Positions 10,401-20,076 of a stretch of 64,000 nucleotides of DNA are shown here, piece after piece. A program made the position numbers and the translations under genes. The stretch covers positions 1 to 64,000 of the forward strand of contig QPMI01000522.1 of NCBI GenBank assembly GCA_004431415.1, written 5' to 3'. Numbering within the stretch: position 1 is the first letter of the stretch; every line of letters begins with the position of its first letter. The stretch is from Cyanophora paradoxa CCMP329 (taxonomy: Eukaryota; Plantae; Glaucophyta). Below the pieces are notes generated by a model. It saw nothing but the letters and a program-made list of their open reading frames with translations, was not told the origin of the DNA and did not search any database.

Positions 10401-13400
10401 ATGAGTTTCAATTACCCAGCAAACCTACAAACCATTCCCTCATCAGGAAGAGGGAGGGCAGATAACAAACATGTAAATTTCGATAACTTGACAGCCAGGG
10501 GGTCAATCTCAATTGATCACAGTGCAGATGAAACCTCAAAGACTCAACCAAGAGAGCATGCACTTTCAATAAACGAAATGGATCCCGAAAAGGAGGATGT
10601 GAGTGTTGCTTTCAGCATGGGAAATGTGAAATCGAATCAGGTAGCCCAGAGTAAAGCAACCAGGAGCAGACCAAGAAAACTGAAAACCAGTGGAACCCAC
10701 CCAGATATTCCAACTCGATTCGATAGTGGTAGGTTAATATTCAATGTTCAAAATGAGAAGGGTGGGCATCAGAGTGGTTTGAGAATCTTTAATGAAGGAT
10801 CAAATGCAATTGCACAAATTCCCGAAATATTACAGATAGCCCCCCATGGAGAAACCAACAAAATCGAGTTCACTAACAATGTTTATCCACGAGATATTGT
10901 GGCGAATTCGGCTTCTAATGCGCAATTCGGTTTCCAACTACCTGGTGATACAGCAAAGAATAAGGCGTCTATCACTGTCAACAGTAGCCCCACTCAACCA
11001 GTAACAATTCATTTACACCCAGACCTTGTTGAAATGGATAGGCACCTTTTACCTTTGGTGACAAACACCAAAGATCTTGGTATTAGAACCAGACAATGGC
11101 GAAATATCCATGGAAGCAATGTCTATGCAAATGGAGAGAAACTTGTTAGTGAGAAGACCATCAGAGAGATCTTTGAATATTATGGACCTGTCCCAGTTCC
11201 CTTCCCACTACCATGGGATCCACCAGATTTAACACCGAAAAAGCAACCAGGCAGAGAGTACACAGCAGATGAGACAGTTCCTTTTGGGCAACACATTGTG
11301 AGTTGGGAGCAGGTTCGAAATAAACCGATAATTGAACCAAGAAAGCAAATTGATGAGCAATATTTACCTCCCGAAATCGATATTTTGGAGCTTGACGAAT
11401 ACCAATTCGTTCCAGACGAGGAGGAATACCTACCTGATGGTTTCGACCCACAAGAGTATGAATATGATCAATATGATCCCAATGAGGAAGAGTATTTACC
11501 AGATGGTTTAGATCCACAAGAGTATGAATATGAGCAGAATTATGAACCCCATGAGGAATACTTAGCAGATGGTCACGAACCACCAGTTGTGGATTATGAG
11601 CAACCATATGAACCCCATGAAGAATTATTACCAGATGGATTTCGCCCAGAGATTTGGGAATTCTTCCCTGATTGGGAGCAGATCAACAATAAACCAGCCA
11701 GATATCCACCAGAGGATCACAACCATGACTGGGATGAGATCTTAGGTAAACCAGCGAAATTCCCACCAGAGGATCACAGGCATGATTGGGGTGACATTGA
11801 TGGAATACCAACTGAGTTTCCACCAAGCAAACATGAACACACCTGGGATGAGATCAATGACCAACCAGAATTCGCAAAAGTAGAGCCTCTTGCTACTCTG
11901 GGAGTTTCTCTTTACCAGACTTGCAATGTCCCTGAAAGGATCTTTTTGAATCACCACTATGTTCATGTGGAAGGGACACTTGCAAATTCAGCTATGATAG
12001 GACCATTGCATATTAGAACATTACCAGGCTCTTATAATCCACCACCAGAACCAGGAGCAACCATACCAAATATCTTTGTGTCAAGCTACATGGAGGTTGA
12101 CATACCCACAGATACTTTTAGAGTTCCAACAGACCCAGCAACCTACCAGAATTACAACTCAGCCATACAGGTTCATGTAACAGATGTGAGCAGTTTAGAT
12201 GGATCAAGACCAATGATAGTATTCAGTCGAGATAAATATTCCTACATTCCCATAGTGGGAACTGCAAATGATAATTATGGAAGGGCAGAACTTGCATGGA
12301 TAAAAACAGATTATGGTGGGGTTCTCGAAGCCAATCAAAGAATGGCTGCAAAAAACATTCACAACGAAAATATATCGAGAGTGGTAACAGAAGATTATTT
12401 AGAAGATCAAGGATATATTGACGAAGGAGAACTAACGAATATTCTTTCTTTATTCGTGATTAAAAATGATACAAACCTTACAGTCACAAGTAACATTTAC
12501 ACCAGTAACATTTCAGCAAGTAACATTTGGACAAGTAACCTATGGGCAAGTAATATATGGACAAGTAATATTTACGGAAGTAATTTAGAGGTTGACTACT
12601 TGACTGTGAATATTGAAGCAAACCTACCAAATCATCCTACTTCTAATGTTGTTTTGGATTGGATTGATAACCACACACACACAAAAGATGAGATCACAGA
12701 TTTTGCACATGATCATTTATGGAGCATATAACAAATCCCCCCTCAACCTTCCCGCCCAGTTCACACACTCATGACTACTCAGAGATCACAAACTCTAATC
12801 ACAGACACATTTGGAGTGAAATAGATGAACAGCCAGTATTCGCACAATTGAATGCAATCGGAAACGTTTTTAATGGAGTCACACTTTACCAATCGATTAA
12901 TACACCTGAAAGGCTATTTTTGAATGATCATTATGTTAGTCTCAATGGGACTTTTACAGGTCAAACAGGCACTCCAATGGAGGGAACTCTTGCAGTAAGA
13001 TTACCCAGGGATCCAATTGTAAATGGAGTTTATGATGGCGATTTCAATGTAGGAGTAAATGATACTTTCCCCAGTATCTATGTAACGAATTATCACCCAG
13101 GTGAAACAGGACAAGTAGAGAATTTCTCGGCAGCAATACAAGTAAATGTAACAGATCAAAGTGCATATGATGGAGCAAGACCTAAAATAGTTTTCACAAG
13201 GGAGAAAGTTGTTAACTATCTTCCCGTTGCAGGACAACCCACAGATGATCACGGTAAATGTGAGATGGCGTGGATAAAAACGACATCAGGTGGCGCCTTA
13301 GAAGTCAATCAAAGAATGGCGGCAAAAAACTTACACAATACCACCCTTTCGGGTGTGGTTACAGATGATTACCTTACCAATAAAGGATATCTTACGACCG

Positions 13401-15855
13401 CGGATTTAAGCAGTTATGCAACCGATGCAGAATTAGCGGCGGCACTTGCGAATTATCTACCTCTCACAGGTGGAACTGTAACAGGAACTGTGAATGCTAC
13501 CACTTTACAAATTGGTGGAACCACAATACCAAAATGTTACGATTTTGACCAATTAGATGTGGTTTCGACAGATAGAAGCGCAAATAATTGGAATTTAGGG
13601 TGGACACCAAGAACAGGTCAAGCAGGATGTTACACAACACCACAAAATGATGAAGATTGCAGTGCTTGTTGGATGAGGTGGAATGTCCCCACAGGAATGA
13701 AAACGTTTTATATTCAAACCATGTGTTGGTCTAATTGTAGATATTTTGACATCTATGGTCAAACAGCCAATGGTAATCAACATTTCCTTCGGCGTTTAAA
13801 TGTTTATCAAGGTATTCAAGCATCAGTACATGATGGAACACAATCCAGTATACTTTTCATCTCTATAAATTGTGAGTTTTACACAAAAATATATGTTCAA
13901 GGTCGAAAAGGTAGAATCCATCTTACAGGTGTTTTTGGGTGGAGTAGACAGAGGGCAACAGATAATGAGATTGGGATGATCTCTTGGGATAATATATTTA
14001 GTAAACCATCATTGTACTCAGCCGCAGACCTTCCAGCAACAGCAAAATGGACAACTAACACATGGTTAAAATCAACAGACAATATAGAAAGATTTTGGTT
14101 TGGTAATAATGATTGTACATATATACGAGGGAGAACAAATGGAGATAATGCGTGTGTTGTATTCAGAAACTCAGCAGATGCTACAATTTTACAATCATAT
14201 GAAAACGGCAACCTTGCGATTACTAATACTGTGTCAGCTCCAACCATAAGTGGAACGATTATTAATGGGGGTTCAATTAATGCGACTACAAATTATAAAT
14301 TTGGCGACAAAACAATGCCCCGATGTGTAGAATATGACGCAATTGTTGCAGGAAATTCGCCACATGGTTATGCAGGAGGTTGGGGTTTTGAAGGTGGAAC
14401 AGCATGGGAACCCTACTATAATTACGGTGGGTATGCTTCCAATAATGAGAGTGGCGACACTGTTGTTAACGGCTCATGGATTGATTACACAATACCCACT
14501 GATTTATATACGGGAACAGCCCACTTAACATATCTCCCTTGGGTAAATTGTCGTTACTTTGAGATTTGGGGAATCAATAGACAAGGTAATGCGGTTTTCA
14601 TTGCAAGAGTGAATAGTTATCATCAATATGAAAGCGCACCAGATGGAAACCACAATGGTTTACAAAATGTCCCTATTATGTTGGGAAATCGCTTTACTCG
14701 CCTTCGTATTATTCCAAAGGTAGGAAGAGTTCACATTATGGGCATTGGATTTACTCGCACTTGGACAGGAAGTAGTTATGGTGGTCACACAGGTTATGTT
14801 TCTTGGGATAACATTTATAGTAAACCAAATCTACTAACTCCAAGTTTAGTGGGAAACATTATAGGTTTTGATACTTGGAGTGGAACAGGTAGTGGTGGTC
14901 TATCATTCAGTGGTTCTTGGGAACAGGTTGGACAGCTTCTGTTTCTAATCCTGTGGATGGATTTTATAGTATTGTTGAAGGTGATTCAACAAGTGGAGAT
15001 TGGGCGCAAATTGAAGTCCCCGCAAATATGCAAACATGTCACGTTCAATATTTGTGTTGGACGAATTGTAGATATTTTGATATTGGAGGTTATCGATCGG
15101 GTAGATGGTTCCACATTATGCGTGTAAATACTTACCAGGCTATCTCAAATTATGCATCCGCAGATTATCACGATGGATTGGCGTGGGCTTCTTTTGCTTG
15201 TGATTATTTCACACATGTTAGATTTGTTGCAAGGAAAGGGCGATGTTATATTGGAATGGTTGGATGGACGAAAGAAAAAGGGAGAACCTCACCAGCAAAT
15301 GGTATGATCAGTTGGGATAATGTTTATAGTAAAGATGCTCGCACAACTTGGGCAACCGGAACTTGGATAACATCAGATGATAATTATGGGAGAGTTTATT
15401 TTGGTTCATCATCAACTACATACATTAAAGGTTATGGTTACGAAATGATCCATTTTAGAAATGGAAACGATATAACAATGCAAGCTTTTTATAATGATGG
15501 TAACGCTTACTTTTGGGGATGGCTTACACAAGGAAGCGATAGAAGATACAAAACCGACATTAAAAATATAACCGGCGCCCTTTCAGCGATCGAAAAATTA
15601 CAGGGTGTGAGTTATAAAAAGATTGGTGATGAAAACCAGAAAGTAAACTTAGGTTTGATTGCGCAAGATGTCCAAAAAGTCATACCAGAAGTAGTAGGTA
15701 AGAATCACGAAAATTATTTAACCCTTGCTTACACCGGTTTAATTCCTGTTCTCATAGAAGCCGTTAAAGAATTATCCCAGAAATGCAAAGATTTAACACA
15801 AACCTGTGAGAATCTCCAAAGTCAAATCGACCAAATAAAAAATGTCACAGTATAA
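10401..15855 (+). CDS. Large phage-type fiber protein with C-terminal intramolecular chaperone (peptidase S74); two -1 frameshifts (~12722, ~14920) split it into three ORFs
   Basis: HxHxWxEIxxKP fiber repeats, TSNIW pentapeptide repeats, duplicated and triplicated modules, and terminal GSDRRYKTDI...LQGVSY...GLIAQDVQKVIPEVV...LAYTGLIPVLIEAVKEL plus coiled coil. Confidence 0.88.
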
Positions 15856-15858
15856 TAA

Positions 15859-16167
15859 ATGGCGACGTATCCACTCGGTGGAACTCCTTCCACTACTTCT
15901 GAGCCTGTCGCTCTTGCTTTTGATACTATCAAACTTGTAGCCGCGCTACAAACTGTCGAAAAAACAATTCAGCAAACTAACAAACTGTCACCGGTTGTTC
16001 ATGAATATAAAAACCTCTTGGTCAATGTACTTGCGCAATCGGCTTATGGTGACCCTGTTGCTAAATACACTGAATGTGATTCTAACCTCAAAGCGATGAC
16101 ATCCAACATCCAATGTCTAACAACCGCTTACCAATCTCTTGGATCCAATCTAATTGCTTTGGCTTGA
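15859..16167 (+). CDS. Hypothetical helical viral protein
   Basis: 102-aa ORF starting 3 nt after the fiber stop, in a TAAATG context. Confidence 0.7.
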   Translation: MATYPLGGTPSTTSEPVALAFDTIKLVAALQTVEKTIQQTNKLSPVVHEYKNLLVNVLAQSAYGDPVAKYTECDSNLKAMTSNIQCLTTAYQSLGSNLIALA

Positions 16168-16206
16168 ATGGTGTTTATTTTTCTTTCCTTCTTAGTAAAA
16201 GAAGCA

Positions 16207-17052
16207 ATGGGTGAATATAATCGAGTCCAACTTCCAATATATTCCCTTGGATCCCCAGCAATGCACTTTCGCCAGCATGAAGTGAATGATGAGGTTCGTG
16301 GTTTAGAATCAACAGAGAGACCCAATTCCAATGGTAACTCCTTTGATAAGAATTCGATTATTCGAGTTAAAGAACTGAGAGCAGACAAGAATTCTGGTGT
16401 GGTTAAAACAACTCGACTCCTTGTCTCAAATGCGAATTTCTTTCAACCTACTAATGGAGGTCCTGATGCTTACAGTGTTGATCTGAAAGCCCTTGATTTC
16501 GATAAGAATTCTGCTGCTGTCACTGTGAGATCAGGAGGAGCATTTATTGGTGGTGGTTGCAGAGTTTCAGGTCAACTCTCCTCATCAATTGCATACAATG
16601 ATGTCCCAGATACTCTTGAACAGAATGTTGAAGACCCACAACGAATTCGATTATATATACCAGTTGCACAACAGCCAATTATTCAATTTTACCAAGGTTA
16701 TACTGTCACACTTGAAAACTCTGAATTGATTGAAGGAACCAAAAGAGTAATGAGAGGGCTGGTCATTCCTTCTGCAATGCTTTCTTTATGTAGAGCCAAC
16801 AATAACCAGCCAGGTCACAGATACAATTTCAGTGTTCAAGGATATGATCATTTCGGCACAGGGTTCTGTGTTTATAATAACAATTTCACCTATGATCTGT
16901 TTGTTACAGATATTGGAAAATATACAATTACAGTTATGGGTATCAGAACAGATATAGCTGCTGTCTCAGCTCTAAGAGGTGTTACTCCTGATACTCTTTC
17001 TCAAACAGGGTTTTATTCGGAACCAGATGTGATTGATGACCCCACCCCATAA
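16207..17052 (+). CDS. Fiber-like structural protein, paralog 1
   Basis: Shares ELRxDKNxGxVKTTxLLVxNANF and GGAxIGxGxRVxG with the next ORF. ATG 16207 is preferred over 16168. Confidence 0.75.
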   Translation: MGEYNRVQLPIYSLGSPAMHFRQHEVNDEVRGLESTERPNSNGNSFDKNSIIRVKELRADKNSGVVKTTRLLVSNANFFQPTNGGPDAYSVDLKALDFDKNSAAVTVRSGGAFIGGGCRVSGQLSSSIAYNDVPDTLEQNVEDPQRIRLYIPVAQQPIIQFYQGYTVTLENSELIEGTKRVMRGLVIPSAMLSLCRANNNQPGHRYNFSVQGYDHFGTGFCVYNNNFTYDLFVTDIGKYTITVMGIRTDIAAVSALRGVTPDTLSQTGFYSEPDVIDDPTP

Positions 17053-17075
17053 AAGATATATCTGTTTAATGTAAA

Positions 17076-17909
17076 ATGGCTGAGCAACCCCCACTTGAAC
17101 GAATTATTACACCCCAACTATCATTAGCAGCACCTGCGAATCACGTTTTGCAGCATGCTACCTTTGATGATGTAGAAGGTCTCCAATCGACAGAAGTACA
17201 ACCTACAATGAATACCTTTGGTTGCACCCATAAACTGAGATTGCAGGAACTCAGATGTGATAAAAATAATGGTATAGTTAAGACAACGAAACTCCTTGTC
17301 ACAAATGCGAACTTTTCTGCCCATTATGGAGACCCAGACAGTTATGGTGATCCTCTTTCTACTTATTCTTTTGAATCTCGGTCGGGAGCTATTAACTGCA
17401 AAACGGGGGGAGCATATATTGGTGATGGTCTTCGGGTTGGTGGAGCTGTTGGTGCGCCTCTTTTCGTAAATGATCAACCCAATCCCATTGATCCCAACAC
17501 CAGAATTCGCACCTATGTCCCCAGTATGAATGCACCATACATTATAAAGATCTTCCCAATTGTTGTGCATGAGCAGACATCAGTAGTTGATTCTCTTGTT
17601 GAAATTGGTGACCACTACAAGGTGGTTGTTGATATTCCACCAGATGTTTATGCTGTCTGTCAAGTGGAAGGTGGAACCCCAAATATTGCAGTTGTGATCA
17701 CCCCATATGACAATTTCGGAATTGCTTATCATGGAGTGAATTTCGGTCTTGAAGATTACCAGTTCTTGGTGAGAGCCACCAGGTTTGGTATCTACAAATG
17801 CATTCTCTATGCTGAGAGAACCGATGCTATTGCAAAACAGAATACATATGCAGAATATTACGGCACAAATCGCTACTTCCCCATTTTCGGACAGGATACT
17901 GCTCCATAG
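17076..17909 (+). CDS. Fiber-like structural protein, paralog 2
   Basis: Collinear similarity to 16207-17052 over the full length, including YDxFG and RTDxxA near the C-terminus. Confidence 0.75.
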   Translation: MAEQPPLERIITPQLSLAAPANHVLQHATFDDVEGLQSTEVQPTMNTFGCTHKLRLQELRCDKNNGIVKTTKLLVTNANFSAHYGDPDSYGDPLSTYSFESRSGAINCKTGGAYIGDGLRVGGAVGAPLFVNDQPNPIDPNTRIRTYVPSMNAPYIIKIFPIVVHEQTSVVDSLVEIGDHYKVVVDIPPDVYAVCQVEGGTPNIAVVITPYDNFGIAYHGVNFGLEDYQFLVRATRFGIYKCILYAERTDAIAKQNTYAEYYGTNRYFPIFGQDTAP

Positions 17910-17936
17910 AAATCTCAGGTATATATAGAGAGAGGG

Positions 17937-18209
17937 ATGGATGATAAAACAAAGAAATTCATAGAATCTGCAATGATGGTTCATGGTGATGCTAAATTCG
18001 ATTATAGTGAGACAGTCTATAAGAAAGCACAAGAGAAGGTCTCTGTTAGATGCCTTAAATGCAACAAGATCCTGCAAACCTACCCATTTAATCATGTAAG
18101 GGGCAGTGGATGCAGAGAATGCAACAAGAAATCCTCTCATGCATATAGAAAAAAGACGACATCAGGAATTGTGATAGATGATAAACCAGTGGTACTGTAC
18201 TTTGATTAG
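17937..18209 (+). CDS. Small Zn-finger protein (DUF723-like repeat unit of viral homing endonucleases)
   Basis: FIESAMMVHGDAKFDYSETVY...KVSVRCLKC...PFNHVRGSGCREC; no nuclease domain attached. Confidence 0.7.
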   Translation: MDDKTKKFIESAMMVHGDAKFDYSETVYKKAQEKVSVRCLKCNKILQTYPFNHVRGSGCRECNKKSSHAYRKKTTSGIVIDDKPVVLYFD

Positions 18210-18395
18210 ATCTTTGAGAGAGAGATGAGGATCTTGCCCCATTTTCCCTTTGTGATTATGCATGTATCAAAACAGTTTGGACAGGTCTTATGGTAATGCA
18301 GCAGGTTGATATCCACCAACTCATAAGGTAGCACTCTTGCTAAGATGGTTCGCATTCTACCAATCGCGTTTTTAATTTTTCTAAATTATTCATAA

Positions 18396-18797
18396 ATGAA
18401 TACTCATCGAGGTTTCCATGTGATGCTGGATTACAAATTCAGAACCCAATTAGCAGTAGGAGTGGAAAACTTGGAGACAACAACCCGGTGGTTAATGCAG
18501 TTCTTACAAACTATTGTTCAAGAGCAAGGTATTCGAGTAGTTCACAAGCATTGCGAGATTTTCGATGGTGGTATTTCTCCTCCTGGTTTTGCAATGGTTC
18601 TTCTGCTGGATGAGAGTCATTGCACTGCTCATTGTTACTCAAATGAAGGTATGTTGGCGATTGATATATTCAGTTGTGGATTAGAAGCAGAAAGAAAAAC
18701 CACGAGAGTATCTCATGAGATAGATGAGAGAATAACAGGTGTGTTTTCAGGGTTGGAGAAATCGGAGAAACATAGAGTATTGCGATTTCCGAGTTAG
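18396..18797 (+). CDS. speD: Pyruvoyl-dependent S-adenosylmethionine decarboxylase proenzyme family (short prokaryotic type)
   Basis: GFHVMLD...PPGFAMVLLLDESHCTAHCYSNEGMLAIDIFSCG contains the E/SH autocleavage site and DxFxCG motif; 133 aa. Confidence 0.88.
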   Translation: MNTHRGFHVMLDYKFRTQLAVGVENLETTTRWLMQFLQTIVQEQGIRVVHKHCEIFDGGISPPGFAMVLLLDESHCTAHCYSNEGMLAIDIFSCGLEAERKTTRVSHEIDERITGVFSGLEKSEKHRVLRFPS

Positions 18798-18828
18798 TTG
18801 ACACTGAGAAATTCAGAATTTCAGATGG

Positions 18829-19011
18829 TCTTACTGAAAATGGTCAGATAATCGGGTGTGACACCTATTTAATTGACTGTGACGCCTCTTTAATTGACTG
18901 TGACGCCTGTGACGCCTGTGACGCCTATTTTCAAACTTTCTAAAATTTTCAAAAATCTACATACTTCTGAAAACAGCCGTCACAGCCGTCACAGGCGTCA
19001 CACCTAATTAA
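18829..19011. promoter_or_regulatory. Iteron/inverted-repeat element, copy 2
   Basis: CTTACTG box, TGTGACRCC repeats, AT core and inverted GTCACA x3; same orientation as 2943-3103. Confidence 0.7.
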
Positions 19012-19139
19012 AAATGGAATCTATCTCTCTTACTGAGATATTCAAAATATATTCTTGTCTTACTGAAATCCGACTTGTGACACCTCTGACACCTCCAAAA
19101 CACTATCCATTAATCAACCTTTTTGAAAATGCGAAGTTG

Positions 19140-19293
19140 TCTTACTGGAAATGGTCTGCAATTTCGCTGTGACACCTATTTTAATTGAGTGTGACGCCTG
19201 TGACGGCTGTGACGCCTACTTTCAAACTTTTTAAATTTTTCAAAAATGACAGACTTCTGAAAACAGGTGTCACAGCCGTCACAGGCGTCACAG
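19140..19293. promoter_or_regulatory. Iteron/inverted-repeat element, copy 3
   Basis: Near-identical architecture to copies 1 and 2. Confidence 0.7.
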
Positions 19294-19405
19294 ACATTCT
19301 GCCCCCCTTACTACTCTTCTCAAAAACAGAAATATATCTTACTGAATATCATTTGAATACTATCTGTCACACTTGAATTCATTTATTTTGTTTTATAGAA
19401 CATCT

Positions 19406-19665
19406 GCAATCTAATCGATTGATCAATTGGACATAATGCAACTCAGTGACAGTTTTTCGATGCAAAAATGTTCATCAGCAATCTCATCGATTGTTTAATT
19501 GGACATGATGCAGTTCCGATATATTCCAATAGAAAATCGCGCAATCTTCTCAATTGTTTAATTGGACATAATGCAACTCTGTGACACTTTTTCGGTGCAA
19601 AAATGTAAATCCGCAATCCCATCGATTGTTTAATTGGACATAATGCAACTCTGTGACAGTTTTTG
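19406..19665. repeat. Subterminal degenerate tandem repeat, 4 units (periods 72, 63, 72 bp)
   Basis: Core ATCGATTGTTTAATTGGACATAATGCA at about 19414, 19486, 19549 and 19621. Confidence 0.85.
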
Positions 19666-19981
19666 CGTTTTCCGATACAAAATGGGCGGTGGTCTACTTC
19701 AATACCGATGAGATATATCGAGTTTATGCGAATTTATGCGAATTTATGCGAATTAATCGCGATTATATCGTTCTTTAAGTAGTTTAATGTTAATCAATCG
19801 AAGTTATATATATCGACAAAGAACATAATCTATCGATATAATATCGATTGCATCAATCGTGAATATGCATTAAATTAAACGCGTTTATCATTTTTAATAC
19901 AAAGTTTGCATTAATTTATACAAAGTTTGCATAAAAAGTTAAAGAAATTAATCGATAAATATGTATTTTAGTATTAAATTA

Positions 19982-20076
19982 ACACATATTGAAAAACGAA
20001 TTTAAATCCAGAGTGAATCGAGATCGCGAAGCGATCGAGATGAACGAGGGATTTAAATTCGTTTTTCAATATGTGT
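19982..20076 (+). other. 95-nt DNA hairpin: perfect 28-bp outer stem, three tandem G.A mismatches, GCGAAGC cap
   Basis: 19982-20009 is the exact reverse complement of 20049-20076; the inner pairing was checked base by base around centre 20029. Confidence 0.9.

Larger units (their letters stand above)
1..19698. mobile_element. Endogenous Polinton-like / Mavirus-like virus, element A (left end outside window)
   Basis: AT-rich, intron-less, gene-dense DNA encoding SF3 helicase, pPolB, rve integrase, lipase and fiber. Subterminal repeats at 19406-19665 are followed by GGTCTACT (19691-19698), matching the AG...CT termini of Polintons. The right boundary is inferred. Confidence 0.85.

Noticed and set aside
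12719-14930. Programmed ribosomal frameshifting in the fiber gene
   Set aside because: No canonical slippery heptamer at either site, and the same one-base homopolymer losses occur throughout the helicase, polymerase and integrase.
16207-17909. Major or minor capsid protein call
   Set aside because: Too short for a double jelly-roll MCP and no capsid motif recognised; the Gly-rich motifs suggest fibers. A penton cannot be fully excluded without structure prediction.
10401-18797. Bacterial prophage or contaminant, suggested by the tail fiber and speD
   Set aside because: The flanking pPolB and rve integrases are Polinton-type, there are no terminase, portal or tail genes, and no consistent Shine-Dalgarno motifs were seen.
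19185-19376. ORF MSVTPVTAVTP...
   Set aside because: It is only the translation of the 9-bp iterons.
19406-19665. CRISPR-like repeat-spacer array
   Set aside because: Three of the four intervening segments resemble each other (ACTCWGTGACA...), the repeats are degenerate and no cas genes are present. It is better explained as a subterminal tandem repeat.
19970-19976. AGTATTA as the left TIR of element B
   Set aside because: Only 7 bp match the reverse complement of the 22241 end, in very AT-rich DNA, and no target duplication is visible.
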